A stretch of 57,339 bases of DNA, filler included, from Sphacelaria rigidula (GCA_964200075.2; 7 parts of 7 records of this genome joined end to end with filler, not necessarily neighbours in it); one strand, 5' to 3'; shown: positions 35,781 through 49,135, numbered from the whole stretch's first letter. Notes: generated by a model not told the origin, from the sequence alone. Made by a program: numbers and translations.

Positions 35781-36290
35781 TGATCTCAGCTCACAGTGCG
35801 AATCTCGCGTCATGCGATGCATCTCTGTGTAGGCAAGATGGTGTCATGAGCTCTCCCATGACTTCTAAGCAGCTGTCGTCTTCTGCGGCATGCGAAAATC
35901 GAGGTGGCGTCTTTGAGCGACAGGCGGCAGGAGAAATGCTCAACTTGCCGCAGGTCCTAAATGAGTTCGATCCCGTTACCGTCATATTTGTACCTAAATC
36001 AGCTCACAGTGGGAATCTTACGCCACCCGATGCATCTCCGTGTAGGCAAGATGATTGCGTGAGCTCTCCTGTGTCTTTCGAGCAGCTATCATCTCATACG
36101 GCATACGAAAATCGATGTTGCGCTCTCAGACGACAGGAGAAACGCTGAACCTGCCGCAGATCCTGAAATAGGCCCTAGTCTGCTACGGTCATTATCTAAC
36201 CGATGGGTCACCCGTTGATCTTAGCCCACAGTGCGTACCTCGCGCCATGCACCTCTTTGTAGGCAAGATGATTTCATGGGCTGTCTAACG
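35781..36290 (+). repeat. Diverged tandem repeat, about 2.4 units of ~215 bp
   Basis: AGCYCACAGTG...TGTAGGCAAGATG recurs at about 35788, 36001 and 36223. Confidence 0.75.
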
Positions 36291-36949
36291 TCGGACGTAC
36301 GATAGCCCTCATGTTCGCGACCCGGCTCGTTTTCACTCAGTCTTCGTGGACACATCGTCCTCGGCATTGTGCCCCCTGCGGTGAGCACATATCTCCCACT
36401 TATGCACGCTCACTGATGGGTGGAGGGATGATGGGTGCCGGCTCTGCTGATGAAATCTCTATTGGTGTGAGGGTTGACGACGGTTGGAGGTCCATCTGTA
36501 CACTTGTGGGCATGGTATCTGTACGCGCAGCACCTGAGAACTGGAAACGCACCAGTCAGTCATCGGGAGTGCGTGCAGGGTGCCAAGAGTGGTCTCTACA
36601 TTAAAATCAAGTAAGGAACCTATCAACTCGGCTGCGACTGTGAGGTGGCCAAAGGTACTGTCTGCTGAAAACTCCAACAACCATTTCCCGTCCAGCTGAG
36701 GACCTCGGAGGCCAACGACTTCGGAGGATGCACCGGAGATGACTGAGGTCATCAGGGAATTGAACCGTCTATGTTGGCTTCTGGTTCCGGCTCGAGTGGG
36801 AGGCGGGGCATGGCATCGGGCAGCACGTGTCGAACTCCCTCTCGCCATCGGAGGTCCATGTCGTACTCCATGAGTCGGAGGGCTCACCTGTGAAGCTTGG
36901 TACACAACTCACGGCTTCGAAACAACTTCGTTGGTGCTGAGCAAATCGC

Positions 36950-39900
36950 GACAGCGGATGGAATACTTGGATGCTCAAAAACGACGAGTAATACAGCACC
37001 GAGAGCAGAGTTGGGAATGTATCCACTTCAAGCAAACGGAGACATGGGGAAATTAAATTAGGACGGAAATATAACGTGAAGAAGATGCAGAGAAAGAGAT
37101 TGCCATGCATAGTCGATAGGGCTTTATGGAAGAAAATGACATGAGGGCAGCAGTCTGGAATATGGTGGGATAGAGCAGTCGAGAAAGTATCAAAGGAGAT
37201 AGGACAAAACCACGACGAAACAATATGCATTGTTGAAGGTGCGGAGTACAATACAAAAGTAAGAAACATGATAGAAATAAGGGAAGAAGAAACGCTCAGA
37301 CGCAAACTAGACGAGGAAGAACAGCTGGAGATATACGGGGATCACAGGGGATAGGGTTGGAGAATATATCTGCATGGCCCAATGGACGCGGCGGAAAAAC
37401 TGGAACTGCGATTTCGGGGGGGGGGGGCTGGATCTGACAGGAAGAATAAAGATATATTTCCTCTGTGCCATAAGTAAAGTCCGTTATGACTACACGGGCC
37501 CTTAACCGTGTCCGATGCCGCCGGCGATAATTTCTCTGGAATCTTTGATGTTTCTTGGGTTGAAAACTGTTTTTTTTTCTTCTTCGCACCCCCCGGGCAT
37601 ACGTGAACGGCCGGAAAAAAAAGTAATCAGCCCCGAGAAGGCCATGGTTGGCCCCTTTTGCAGGGGGAAAAAGTGTCGATAAAAAAAGAAGTCAACCGTC
37701 CTCGCCGTCGCTGGGGCTTAACGCTAGATGGTCCCAAGCCTTCTTGAAGGCCTCCTTATAATATTTACCACCCTTTTTAAGGTTCCTGCCCTCTGTCGCA
37801 CCGTCATCCCAGTATGCTCCTCACTAAAGTCGTTTTCTAGGGTAGTCATTACCAACGCCAAAACGCGCCGCCATGAGGCCTAGAACACCCTTGGGCACCC
37901 TTGTTTTTCCTGGGGGAATGGCCAACGCTATCTTCACCGCCATTGCGTACCGGTGGCCCAACGACACTTCTGCGACCCGTTTACGTCTTGGTTTTGGGTT
38001 TACGTTATGGAGGAGTCTACATCGTGGTTGTGGGGGGTGATGGGCGTTCAAACGTGGAGAAAAGCATAAATTCTCGAAAAAATTCTCAAAATCCCACCAA
38101 AATTCCCACTTTTTATCCACTAATTCTTAGTAATTTCGGCTCAGATTTTTTTGTTTGTTTGTTTTAGCGAGCATCAGCACATCAACAGCTTTTCAAAAAA
38201 CCTAACTATAGCATCGTGGGCAACTCCGTTGGCGATATACGATCCGATCCCCATAACAGACTTTACTTATGGCACAGAGGAAGTATACCAGTGGTCGAAA
38301 GGATGGAGTAGATGCACAGAATTGCCCCTGTGGGGAAGCAATAGAGATCAGAAGTCATATAGTGGCAGAATGTGAACTATACAAGGAGGAAAGGGACGTA
38401 CTCCAGGGGGAAATGCGGGACGTGAACGAAGGTGTCATCGATACATTAGAGAGACCGCGGCTGGAACCCTCGGGGGTGAGTCAAAGTACGACCATCAATC
38501 AATCAAAATCAATCATTGGACAGTAGGGAGAAAATGATGGCTATACAATACTAGGAGATAGATGATGGCCACAGACGGCGAAACAGGACGGGATAAGATA
38601 TGCAAACGGTTTTTGTGTATTGCATGGACGAATCGGAATGAGCACCGAAATGTTGGAGGTGTCTCTACTCGGAGCAGGAACGATGCTGCGACTCGAGAGG
38701 TATGCGTGGTCAATGGTCAAACGACTGAGGCAAGCAAGAAATGTACGCCCCCCCCCCCGAGTAATATGGTGGCAGAATGTGAACTATACAAGGAGGAACA
38801 GGGCGTGCTAGAGCGGAAAATGCGGGACGTGAACGAAGGTGGGATGGAATCGTTTGAGGCATTAGACAGTAGGGAGAAAACGATGGCTATGCTAGGAGAT
38901 AGATGGTGACCAGATACGGCGAAACAGGACGAGGATGAGATATGTAGGGTTTTTGTGTAATGTATGGAGGAAACGTAATGAGCACCGGAATGTTGAAGGT
39001 GTCTCCATTAGGAGTAGGAACGGTGCTCCCTCTCGAAAGGGATGCGTGGTCAATTGTCAAACGACTAAGGCAAGTAACAAATGAGAACGCCCCCCACCCC
39101 CCCGCTGGGTCTGTTCCCTTTGTCTATGGGTATCACCAAGAATCAGATTACACCACACCCTTCGAGAGCGTTACTTCTTCCTGCTGCCATTTGCAAAATG
39201 AAATCCCCGGATTGCCACGGTGGGTCATCTGGGTCTTGCATTCATTTTTGACGTAAATATTACGCCCATGAAGCACAAGTGCCCATCCTGAGGGTGGCTG
39301 TCGTCTGTGTGGATAGACCAAGCCGAAGTACATTGCACAGGACAGTACAATGCAGTATAGTACAGCGCAGTACCGCACAGTGTTATCTTCTCTGTGCCCC
39401 CTGCAGCATTCCTTCCCTTTGTCTACGGGTATCATCAATTATTGGATTACTCCTTTCGAGAGCGCCATCTCTTTCTCCCGTCAGCTCTAAAAGTGACCAT
39501 TGATCGCGAGGGTGAGCCATCTGCGTATTACATTCATTTTTCAAGTCAATCTCTGCAGAGGGTCACCGCTTCCCACAACTGGCTCTAAAGTCGACCCCTT
39601 CGACCCCACGAGGGGCCCCATATCGGGAAATGACGCTCCCCCCCTTGCCCGCCGAAAGGATGAGGAAGTAGATGAACAGAGCTGCCTCTGTGGCGAAGGG
39701 ATAGAGAGCAGAAGTCATTTAGTGGCAGAATGCGAACTATACAAGGAGGAACGGGACGTCCTGGAGGGGGAAAATGGGGGGCGTGAACGAGGGTGGGATG
39801 AAATCGTTTGATGCATTAGACAGTAGGGAGAAAACGCTGGCTATACTAGGAGATAGATGGTGGCCAGAGACGGCGAAACAGGACGGGGATAAGATATGTA

Positions 39901-40055
39901 GGGTTTTTGTGTAATTTTTGGAAGAAACGTATTGAGCGCCAGAATGTTGGAGGTGTCTCCATTAGGAGTAGGAACGGTGCTCCGTCTCGAAAGGGATGCG
40001 TGGTCAGTGGTCAAACGACTAAAGCAAGCAACAAATGAGTATGAGTACCACCCCC
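36950..40055 (+). mobile_element. Cluster of LINE ORF2 3' fragments (C-terminal CxC...H...C zinc-knuckle type); the first is interrupted by a mariner-like element
   Basis: YLHGPMDAAEKLELRFR.G.LDL [insertion] YTSGRKDGVDAQNCPCGEAIEIRSHIVAECELYKEERDVL; further copies at 38765-39095 and 39655-40055. Confidence 0.85.
37457..38283 (-). mobile_element. Internally deleted Tc1/mariner-like DNA transposon
   Basis: 32-bp TIRs YTTCCTCTGTGCCATAAGTAAAGTCYGTTATG at 37457-37488 and 38252-38283, flanked by TATA on both sides, splitting a LINE ORF. The internal peptide RVPKGVLGLMAARFGVG resembles an N-terminal transposase HTH. Confidence 0.82.
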
Positions 40056-42184
40056 GTATCCATTACTTTGGACAGTCTAATTGTTGGAAGCTTCTTGTTT
40101 CTTCTTTTTGGTTGTTGGTATATGGAGCCTATCTTATTTAGACTGGAAAAAGAACGGAGGTGTCATGACACGATACTCACCACCTAGGTAGGGAGGTGCC
40201 AGTTCAGTGGGAACCGGGGCTAGAGAACCCAAACACAATCATTAGTATCGAAGCCATTGAGTTCAACATTACCAAGTGTAAAGTCAGGCACCGCACCAGT
40301 GGTCAGGTGGAATGTCATGAGCCGCGCAGGCTGCAAGACAACATGTGTTGCATGAAGGTCAGGCTTACATTTGTGAAGACCAAAGACTCCTCTGAGATAG
40401 CAGTCCGTGACAGTGTTGATGTTTCTTATATTATTGGCAACCGGCTGGTAGCTGCTAATCGCGCGTTGAGATAAGTTCCCATAAGACTGTGCCCGAGTAG
40501 GGGGGCACTGTCGGAATCAATCAGACTCAGAATGGCCGGTGTTCTGTCGGGCTAGACAACGCAAGAGTATGACACATGGAAACTACTCGACTGGACCACA
40601 ACCGATGAATCCGGAACAGCCAAATGTTTCATATGCCAGAGCATCGACGTGCGGAGATATTCCCTAGTCTCTTCTTGCCTGTCGCCAACGCGAACATCGA
40701 TTTCTCTTTGCCTCTCCTTTTGGACATAACGTGCCTCTGTGCGCTAAAAACATGCTGAAAAATAGGGGAATGTTCCCTGTCAGCTCCACCACTGTTTTCT
40801 GTCACACACACATGCCAACAAGGACGGTGCTGCGGAAATAACAGATAGATCCAATTTGAACTTAGGGGGTGTTGATCATCATTGAGTTTACCCACACCTC
40901 CCCCGCCAGCCGGGCTCCCGACGTGAACACNNNNNNNNNNNNNNNNNNNNNNNNNNNNNNNNNNNNNNNNNNNNTTAATTAATTAANNNNNNNNNNNNNN
41001 NNNNNNNNNNNNNNNNNNNNNNNNNNNNNNGGCGGGCCCGCTGCTGTTGGATGTATTGCGTCTGGTGGGTTTGTGAGGTGTGTAGTTTGTCTCGCTTGCC
41101 CAGGAGGCGGAAGAAAGAGATGAGTTAATGTTTTGAGAGCACGGACTCGTCCCGAGGACGAGAAGGGCTTTAAATTGAAAGTGTGAAGAGGAAAAAAAAA
41201 AAAAATCGCTGAAACAAAAGAACGCCGCAAGAGCAAGCCGTGAGGCGGATGTCCTGTAGTAGGCGTGAAATCAACATGTGTTTTTACTGTAGTTTAAACC
41301 TCTGGCAGTTATTTTTCAAGTGCAGCATGAAGCTGGGTGAAACGCGTGTATAAGCTTTCGGTGTCTGTGACATATTGTGGTAAGGCACGGTTGGGAATAC
41401 AGTATGCCGCGGATGATTTGGCTGTTGTCTTTGCTCCGCTTTGTAGCGAATCTGTTGGTGTGCTTGTCGCACGTGTGTTGCGGTTGCGACGGGTTGCGCC
41501 GATGGCGCACCATCAAGCATGGGGAGTTAAAGCTTGCTCTTCTTTTCGTTCTCCTCGTGTTTTGTTTTCGTCCTCCGTGTTGGTTATTTTTCATGAAAAA
41601 GAGACCTTCCCTTTTTCTTCATTCATCTTGTTCGCGACTTTTGGTTGATTTTGGCTGCTGTTGCTATCCCTGGTTGTTGGTTCCGTCGTCGTTTTGTGGT
41701 TTTTGGTGTAGTTGTGGTTCTGTTTGTTATAGGATGCTGGTATGAGTTATATCGCGATAAACCCCCGAAATACCAGCGCTAAAATTGTCGCAGAGAAGAT
41801 GGCGATACAGCGCATAAGAGGCTGTTTCGGACTACATGGAGCACCTCATATGGGGGGCATTGGCGAAAACGATCCCAAGCGTTGGAGTTTCCAGATGCTC
41901 GATGTGCTCGGCTTTTGACATGTTCATGCGCATGCAGATTTTGCCTCATCAAACCAACCACTCTTATGGGCTGGGCTGGCGCGGCATCACTGGCATAGGC
42001 ATTGATGTCGGTGTAGAGTGCGGTTCTATTCTGCAGTATCACGTTTTGTAGAGACACACACGCACACACATAGTCGGAGAGAGACGCGAGTGAATCCATT
42101 TCCCCTCACCTCGAGCACGAAGTTGTCACAGCAAATATTGATGGTAGTATGGGATGTGCTTACCGGGGGCATTTTCACGTTTGT

Positions 42185-42395
42185 CGAGAGAGACAAGACA
42201 ACAAGATACAGAGGGAGAGACAGAGAGGGACAGAAGGAGATGCAGAGAGAGAGAGACAGAGAGACAGAGAGAGACAGAGAGACAGGCAGGCAGACAGAGA
42301 CAGAGACAGAGACAGAGACAGAGACGGAGACAGAGACAGAGACAGAGACGGACAGATAGTCAGACACACACACACACACGCGCGCGCGCACACAC
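42185..42395. repeat. Compound microsatellite (GA)n/(GAGACA)n/(CA)n
   Basis: Directly visible. Confidence 0.95.
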
Positions 42396-43511
42396 GGAGA
42401 AAAAACGAGAGAGGCCCCCCTCTCCTCCTGCGCACACGAAGTTCTCATAGCAAACGTTTACATTTTCAAGTGTTTTTCTCCGTTCGGAACAAAGACATAC
42501 GATGTGATATGATGTCATATTGCGCCTCTACATACGGACTCATTGACTGACAGTGCGTACTGTGATTGTGGTCTTCCTCCAGGATGCTTCTTCTGACGTC
42601 AATCCCGCGACCATTGGCCCGGACGGAACCAAGCGCGGAGCCAAGGAAAAGCGGAGAAGAACTAGACGGATCTGGTTTTCTCCCATCTGAGTCTGCTCAT
42701 GGTTGGGCCGGTGGCGTTGTTGATGTTGTTGGCGTTATTGGGACTGTTGCTCTCGATCGAGGCGGCTCAGTCGACGTACTCTGTATAGTATTACTCGCCT
42801 GTGGTCATATTTCATGACCATGGCCGTGTCGTATGCAATTTCTATGCTTTTTGTTTGCAACGGAAGGGAGCTGAAGACAAGGGAGAAAAGGAAGACAATG
42901 TGAAACGGGAAAAAAATATGAATGAACATGCCTAGGGAGAGACACTGTAGAGAGGAAGAGTGAGAGCGAGGGAGCGAAATGCATGCAGGCTTTTTTTCGT
43001 CCGGTATCGAACATTTCAACCGTGATTGATGAAATAAGGGGAAAACAAACAAAAAATGGAAAGGAAAGGAAAGTGACCGAATGGAGAAGAGCTGAGCTAC
43101 AGTGTGCGCATAGCGAAATGTTTGCGGAAAAATGTACAAGCCCGAAACACGAGCAATGAGCAGGGAGGAACGACAAGAACAAACGAGGATATAATGTAGG
43201 TCAAGAAAAAGGCGGTATTAGAAACAGCGGGGGATAGGGAACGTATGGCGTGGTCCGCTGGTGATGATATATTTCGCTTCTTGCGTTGTGCTTCTCGTTG
43301 TGAGCATGGCAAGAAGCAATGGCTTCGATGGTGCGGGGGAGGGGAAGTGTTTCAAGATGTACGGCTTCTTTTTTTCAAAGGCATTTCTCATGACCGGAGC
43401 AATGGCCTGGACGGGGGGCGGAGGGGGGGTGTTTCAAGCCGTAGTTTTTGTTTCCGAGGGGCGGTTCTCATGACCGACGGTAGGCGTGTCTTCTTCATGC
43501 GTCCGATATTC

Positions 43512-43810
43512 AACGGCGTTTTCGTGAGAATGAGAGTAGAGCGCTGAATGATAGTGACTTTGATCATTCGCTTTAACTTAGCCATGTTTTCATTCCGTGC
43601 GTGCTTTTCTTTGCCTCCATCACTAGCGTATGCTTACAGCTACACGTAGATATTCTACTCAGGGATATCAAGGGACTCAGTGGCAAGCTACTACAGAAAG
43701 TATATCGGGCCTCGTGGAGGGCATTTCGGAACTGAAACGAATCATTCACTTATTGACCGCTTTTCACTCTCAATCGTGTCCTGTACTCTCAATCTCACGA
43801 AAACATAGTT
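43512..43810 (-). mobile_element. ~300-bp AAC...GTT MITE, reverse copy
   Basis: Reverse complement of 26186-26485; flanked by ATTC on both sides (candidate 4-bp TSD). Confidence 0.8.
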
Positions 43811-44013
43811 ATTCCTGAATCGGTCCCACGATGGTCGCACGCTTACTTTTTTCTTCTTCTTTCATATTCGCCGTCCGGTTAAAAAAATACGTAGCCATTC
43901 ATGATGTGGAGATGCTTTAGCTTGGTTCAAGTGATGAACATGTGAGGTTTTCACATATTGTACTCGGCTGTTTGGAATAAAATAGGTATGTGAGATATAT
44001 CCCCTTGCTGTAA

Positions 44014-44345
44014 GCCGCCGCGCCTCGGTAGTGCAATGGTCCGACTGCCGCCATTAGGGTGGAGAGAAGGAGGATTCGATTCCCGGTGGGTCGGGTATTT
44101 TCTTCGTAGTATGTGATCCTCACCGTGGAAAGCGTGAGAACGTGAGTACACAAAATAGTCGACTTCGTTTGTTTGACGAGAGTTGACGCGGTGCGGGAGT
44201 GCTGATCCAATCCGCGAGATCAAAATGCAAGGCATGTGCCGGGGAGAGATGGTGGCTTGATTGGTCCCTCGAGACCACGGACTCGTCCCGAGGAAGGGGA
44301 GGGGTTCAAAGTACGGTACATAAAATAATAATACAAAAAACAATT
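44014..44345 (+). mobile_element. tRNA-derived SINE
   Basis: A-box TAGTGCAATGG (44029), B-box GGATTCGATTCC (44072). The core CGTGRGTACACAA...TCGACTT is shared with the 20545 SINE; A-rich tail. Confidence 0.68.
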
Positions 44346-44704
44346 AATGTCAAGCGACAAGGTGGTCATGTGAGCGTCGTCCCGAGTTCAGAAGTGGGCC
44401 AATTCGAGGTCTTCACTTTTGCCGCGGTTGGTTAAAATATGATCATGTGACAGTTGTGTGCCCGGTTCAGAGATGATCGTGCCGAACCTCGCTCGCCTTT
44501 CATTTGAAGCAAACGCCTCCTTATATTTTTGTCACACCGTGTCGACGACAATGGGAAAATATCAACGATTTTGGGAGCAGGTGAAACCGTTTTTTTGGTG
44601 TATTGCGCTTGGTGCGTCATTATGTATGTGTGAACGCTCGGATTTTCGCTTTCCAATTCGTCTCGACGGTTGAAGGATTGTTCGGCTGTATATGATGTTA
44701 TCAT

Positions 44705-44759
<55 letters not shown>

Positions 44760-44786
44760 GCTACTACTGCTACTACTACTACTGCT
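44705..44786. repeat. (CTA)n/(CTG) microsatellite
   Basis: Directly visible. Confidence 0.95.
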
Positions 44787-46382
44787 GAGTGATGCTACGG
44801 TAGGGTTGCACTTTTCGAGCGAAACTGTTTCTCGGGGTGTTGCATGGATCATTTTGAGAATCGGCATCATTTTCATTTGAAAATGATGCCGATTCACGAA
44901 AAGGCCCCTATGTGCATTTCTATGTCCTGTCCTCGTAGATTTGGGTTGCACAGTAAGCCCCATATATTTGGGCTCCTACAAAAACGAGGCCCAGAAACAA
45001 AAAGTGCAACCCCTATCGTAGCACTGCTCTACTACTACTTCTAACACTGTTGGGGGACGGGTTGCTGTAATGATGTATCGTAGCGTTAGAAAACACGTAC
45101 ATGCTTCGCTGAATAGTGATATAGCTTATGTTTTGGGATAGTTGTCTTGTGTATGCAGGTGCTTTTGTGAAAGACACATCTTTATAGTGGCACATCAGAG
45201 ACTGATGCCTCGCATGTATGAATAACCAGAGCAAGCAGGTACAAGGTAGGAACGGCCCGAAAGGACCAGATTGCCGAGGACCCTGTAATGGCAACGGTAC
45301 TAGACAACTTGGGGTGATGCCAGGAAGAGCCTGACATTAGGGCGGACCAACATCCCCCGAGGAACTGGTCGCCCCCTAGCGACCACTTCTCATCTGACCC
45401 AACTTTTTGCCCACATATCACAAGAGGAAATCATCGCAAGCCTCGGAGTTTCTTCGGGATCAGGTGTGATATAATGTGACTGCAGCTCGTAGCCATGATC
45501 TTGGGCAAAGGTGACATTGAATGATGGACATTTTCATATTCAAATAGCGGAACATTGGCTGCCCCTTGGGTTGACGTTCTACGGAGAGCATGTATTTGAA
45601 TTCGTAAAAAAGGTAGTGACCCAACCATGGTATGTATTGAAGAGCTCGGCTCTTGGATTTTATGGTATATGACCTCAGTTTATGATGATTATGGGGCGGC
45701 GAAACACGTTTGAGCTGTAAGCAGTTCCCACGAACGCCACTCTCTTCTCATTTCCGGTTTTTGGCTGCAATCCAACAGTTTCCCCATCGGAGTATCTACA
45801 AACCGCGAGAAAGTGAATCCCAGAGATAATAGCAGTAGTAGTCGGGCTGCTGTTTTGTCTGGTGTGTTTTATTGATCGAGGCTTCGGCTTGTTTCGGTTT
45901 GTGTTGTATTTGCCTGTCTGTAGATGAAGCTTGGATGCAATCAATTGCGTGAAAAAACGGTGTTACTCTTGTCTGCATTTGCTTGTTGTCCCTTTTTGTG
46001 AAATACACGAGAGCGACTGTGGTCAGCCCGCGCTGCTGAGCTGAGTAACCAAGCAACGTACACAGAGGTCTGAACCTGGAATCAATCGTGGTGAACACCA
46101 TTACACCCTCCACAAGGTGCTTCACCCTTATCACATCACACAGGACGACATCTCCCAAGACAGCCTCCTCCTTAGCCTGTCTACCCTAGCGATACGCCTT
46201 CCTCACATTGGCGACACAAGAAAAGAACCCAGGCAAGATAGGCTGTAGAAATAAAAAAAAACTAGAACGAGAGCCGGCTGCTCCCTGACATCGGGAACAC
46301 TAGGGTCCTCCAAGGAACGCTACTCCAGGTGAGACGTATGCGTCATGTGCATAATTATTCAAGTTGAAATGTATGTTGGTCA

Positions 46383-46570
46383 ACGCGAAATTAGCCCCGT
46401 CAGTGTGCATCATATGTCACCCGCACGGTTAATCAAACAGCGAAGCGCAAAATAAGACTCCTCAGTGTGCATTATATGCCACCTGTACGGCTAGTCAGAC
46501 AGCGGAACGCGAAATTAGTCTCCTCATTGTGCGTTATATGTCACCAGAATGGCTAGTCAAACAGCAAAGC
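46383..46570 (+). repeat. Three 62-bp tandem units upstream of a gypsy relic
   Basis: CAGTGTGCAT-like anchors at 46401, 46463 and 46525. Confidence 0.8.
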
Positions 46571-46899
46571 CACACCTATCAACCAACCTTCCACCGGCAT
46601 AACGCAAGAGACACGGCAACTAACCAAGCAGGCCGACCTCTGGAAACGCGGTGTGAGTCGAAATAGCACAAAAAAAACATTTTACCCACCCTCCGAATGC
46701 AGTACCTTGTCATTCCCTACGATTTAGCAAGCGAAAGAAAGAGGTGTATGGAACGGTCTTACCGCATGCCAGCTCACAAGTGGAGAGGAGTTGAAAACTA
46801 CAGACAGTTTAATTTTCACACACCTCGGTACGCATGCAATGGAGAAAAGTGTCGACCGTCTGGTGAAAACAATATCGGAGAGAAGCGGGTTTCCTGATC

Positions 46900-49055
46900 A
46901 GTACAGTAACTCCTCCAGGGAGACACCAGAAAAAACCCCCGATTGTGACATCAAAGTGCATGCTAGGATAAAGCAGACGCTGAACAAGAGAACGATGAGA
47001 GTTGATCCCTAAGCAGCCTTTATAACAGCCGTCGAAAACGCGATTCACCGAACAAGGGTCCATCATCGTCGAAAACGAAAAACTCAACTTGTTGAGGCTC
47101 AAATAATGCTACATTCTGCGCCGTACCCTAAGGAGTCGGTAACGTTACACTCCAAGTTGACACGTGTTCAACAATTTTAAAAGCAGTTGCTGTTGATTCC
47201 AAATCGGAACTGCCTGTAATTCCTCTGAAAGATCATCCGGCCACGTCTGGTTTAGAGTCGCAGCCAGAGTAAATGGTACACCAGCTAAAAAAAAACACAA
47301 TCGATGCCGCGGCAGAGGTACCATGTATCAGCAAAAGTTTATAGATGAACACGGGCAATAATTGCAGCTGAAAAAAACCAGTACCGCCAGGTTCCATTGA
47401 TCTCAGATGCGGGGACGGTTTCCCCATGGAAATCCTAGGGTTCATGCGTTTCGAGCTGACGTTGGGGATAAAAACCCTGCCAGTAGAAGCGTTGGTATTA
47501 GTATGGGGTTGGATTGTTCACTACTAGACAATCCCATTATGAGCGCTTGCAAAGCTATACTCGACTGGCAGGCGGAAGAGTTGACATTCAGTGATTCCAG
47601 TATAAAAACCAAAGCATCACATCGAAAATAACACACTCCGACAAAACACATTGTACTGTAGTTATTGTGAAATGCTTTAACGACCCCGTTCCAATCTTTC
47701 TCTGAAAAAACAAATGCAGTGGGCCACCGCAATGGCAGTATGAGTCGAAACGGACAATACCCCGTCAACGATGACAGCAGGTATCGTAGAGCAACGCATA
47801 ATGACCGAGGGAGGCACCCGATCGCCTGATGTGCCCCAAAGATTCACGCACATCATTGTTGCAAAAACAGAAGCTCTATGCACGTGGTCGATAATAATTA
47901 AGACGGGAATGGTACAAATAACCAACACGTCGAGCCGACATGTAAACCCGAAACGCAATACGAGTTTAGGCTATATCACCTCAATACAAGAGGCGAAAAA
48001 CCGGAGAAACTTAACAATAATAATGATGAAATACAAAACCGGAGAAACTTCATGTTATTCCGGATACCCTCTCACGACTGTTTGTGTTTCAAGAGTGACA
48101 AGAAGCTGAAAGCAAGCCGTTGCTTACACATATATGTTGTACCGTGCCGGCGCAGCATACAGCTGAACCTCAGCACCAATGTCAAATATCAGCTGAGAAG
48201 TTCGATCGTTTGAAGCCGGTGCAAAGTGACCGTGAGCTGTTAGTCAACCGCGAAACAGTTGCAAAAAGAGCAAACACATGAGTGCGCACACTATGTCAGG
48301 GTTGCCAACTCCGAAAGAACGGTCCACAACCGGCCAAAATTTGCTGATGGGACACGTTCCGATAGGGCGGCAATAAGAAAGAATATCAGCAGACCTAGTC
48401 GAGTACAAAATAGCCTCGATGTCAAAAGCTGGAGTACTATTAATAGGTAAATAGGTATTGTCCGTAATGGACCACCTCGCAGGGTATGCCTTGCTCATTC
48501 CGGTACCAAATAAACAAGCCACGTCGATAGCCAAAACGTTTATCGATAGAGTTGTACCATATTTGGCATCCCGGAAAGCTGCATTTGGATCAAAGAGCCG
48601 AATGGGAAACAAGCTAATATACGCACGGCAACAAGAGCTGGGTTTCAACACAATTGTCGCGACACCGTTGCGCCCGCAAGGTAATTCAGTGTCGAAACGA
48701 ATCCACTCCACTTTGCACGCATTGTTAGCTAGGCATATGTAAGTTGGAAACAAAAAATGGGTATCCGTGCTTCCGTTCATCCAAATTGCGTACAACAACA
48801 CAACCTATCACATTGCAGTACAGGAGATACCGTATCTTGTATTGTTCGGAAAACAGCCCAGATTACCAATCGACATCATTCTCGGCATACTTTAGGGAAA
48901 CGAAGCGGCAACACCCCAAGAATTTTCCAAAGAAACACGGGAAAGTCTGCGGTTAGGATTTGAAATTGCAGGACAAGCTCTACGAGAAAAGCGAATGAGC
49001 AAAACAACGAAAACAAATTACAACCGTTCCCAGTCTTCAAACTCGATCAAAAGGT
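46900..49055 (+). mobile_element. Degenerate Ty3/gypsy relic: gag-like and protease remnants and integrase core; RT/RNase H apparently deleted
   Basis: CSLLDNPIMSACKAILDW (protease end); SVMDHLAGYALLIPVPNKQATSIAKTFIDRV, TPLRPQGNSVSKRIHSTL, WVSVLPFIQIAYN, LFGKQPRLPID. 46995-47070 also matches 32995-33070. Confidence 0.85.
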
Positions 49056-49061
49056 AACCAT

Positions 49062-49135
49062 GAGTCATCCTACGATAGGGGGGGAGGTATTTGGTTGCAC
49101 GAAGAACGAGGCTCATAAGTGTTTCAGACATCCTT
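49062..49135. mobile_element. Terminal fragment of the Sola-like MITE
   Basis: GAGTCATCCTACGATAGGGGGG at the contig end. Confidence 0.75.

Noticed and set aside
42026-42550. ORFs with ETETET, DRDRDR or poly-S/poly-L tracts (also 44562-44963, and poly-P/G ORFs at 1-192, 27918-28520 and 49378-49896)
   Set aside because: They are translations of microsatellites and homopolymer C/G runs.
41320-42700. Possible small exons on contig 6, for example after the acceptor at ~42583
   Set aside because: No recognisable protein motif and no phase-consistent exon chain could be built.
44014-44095. tRNA gene candidates (also 20546-20620)
   Set aside because: A and B boxes are present but there is no proper cloverleaf, and both continue into SINE bodies with tails.
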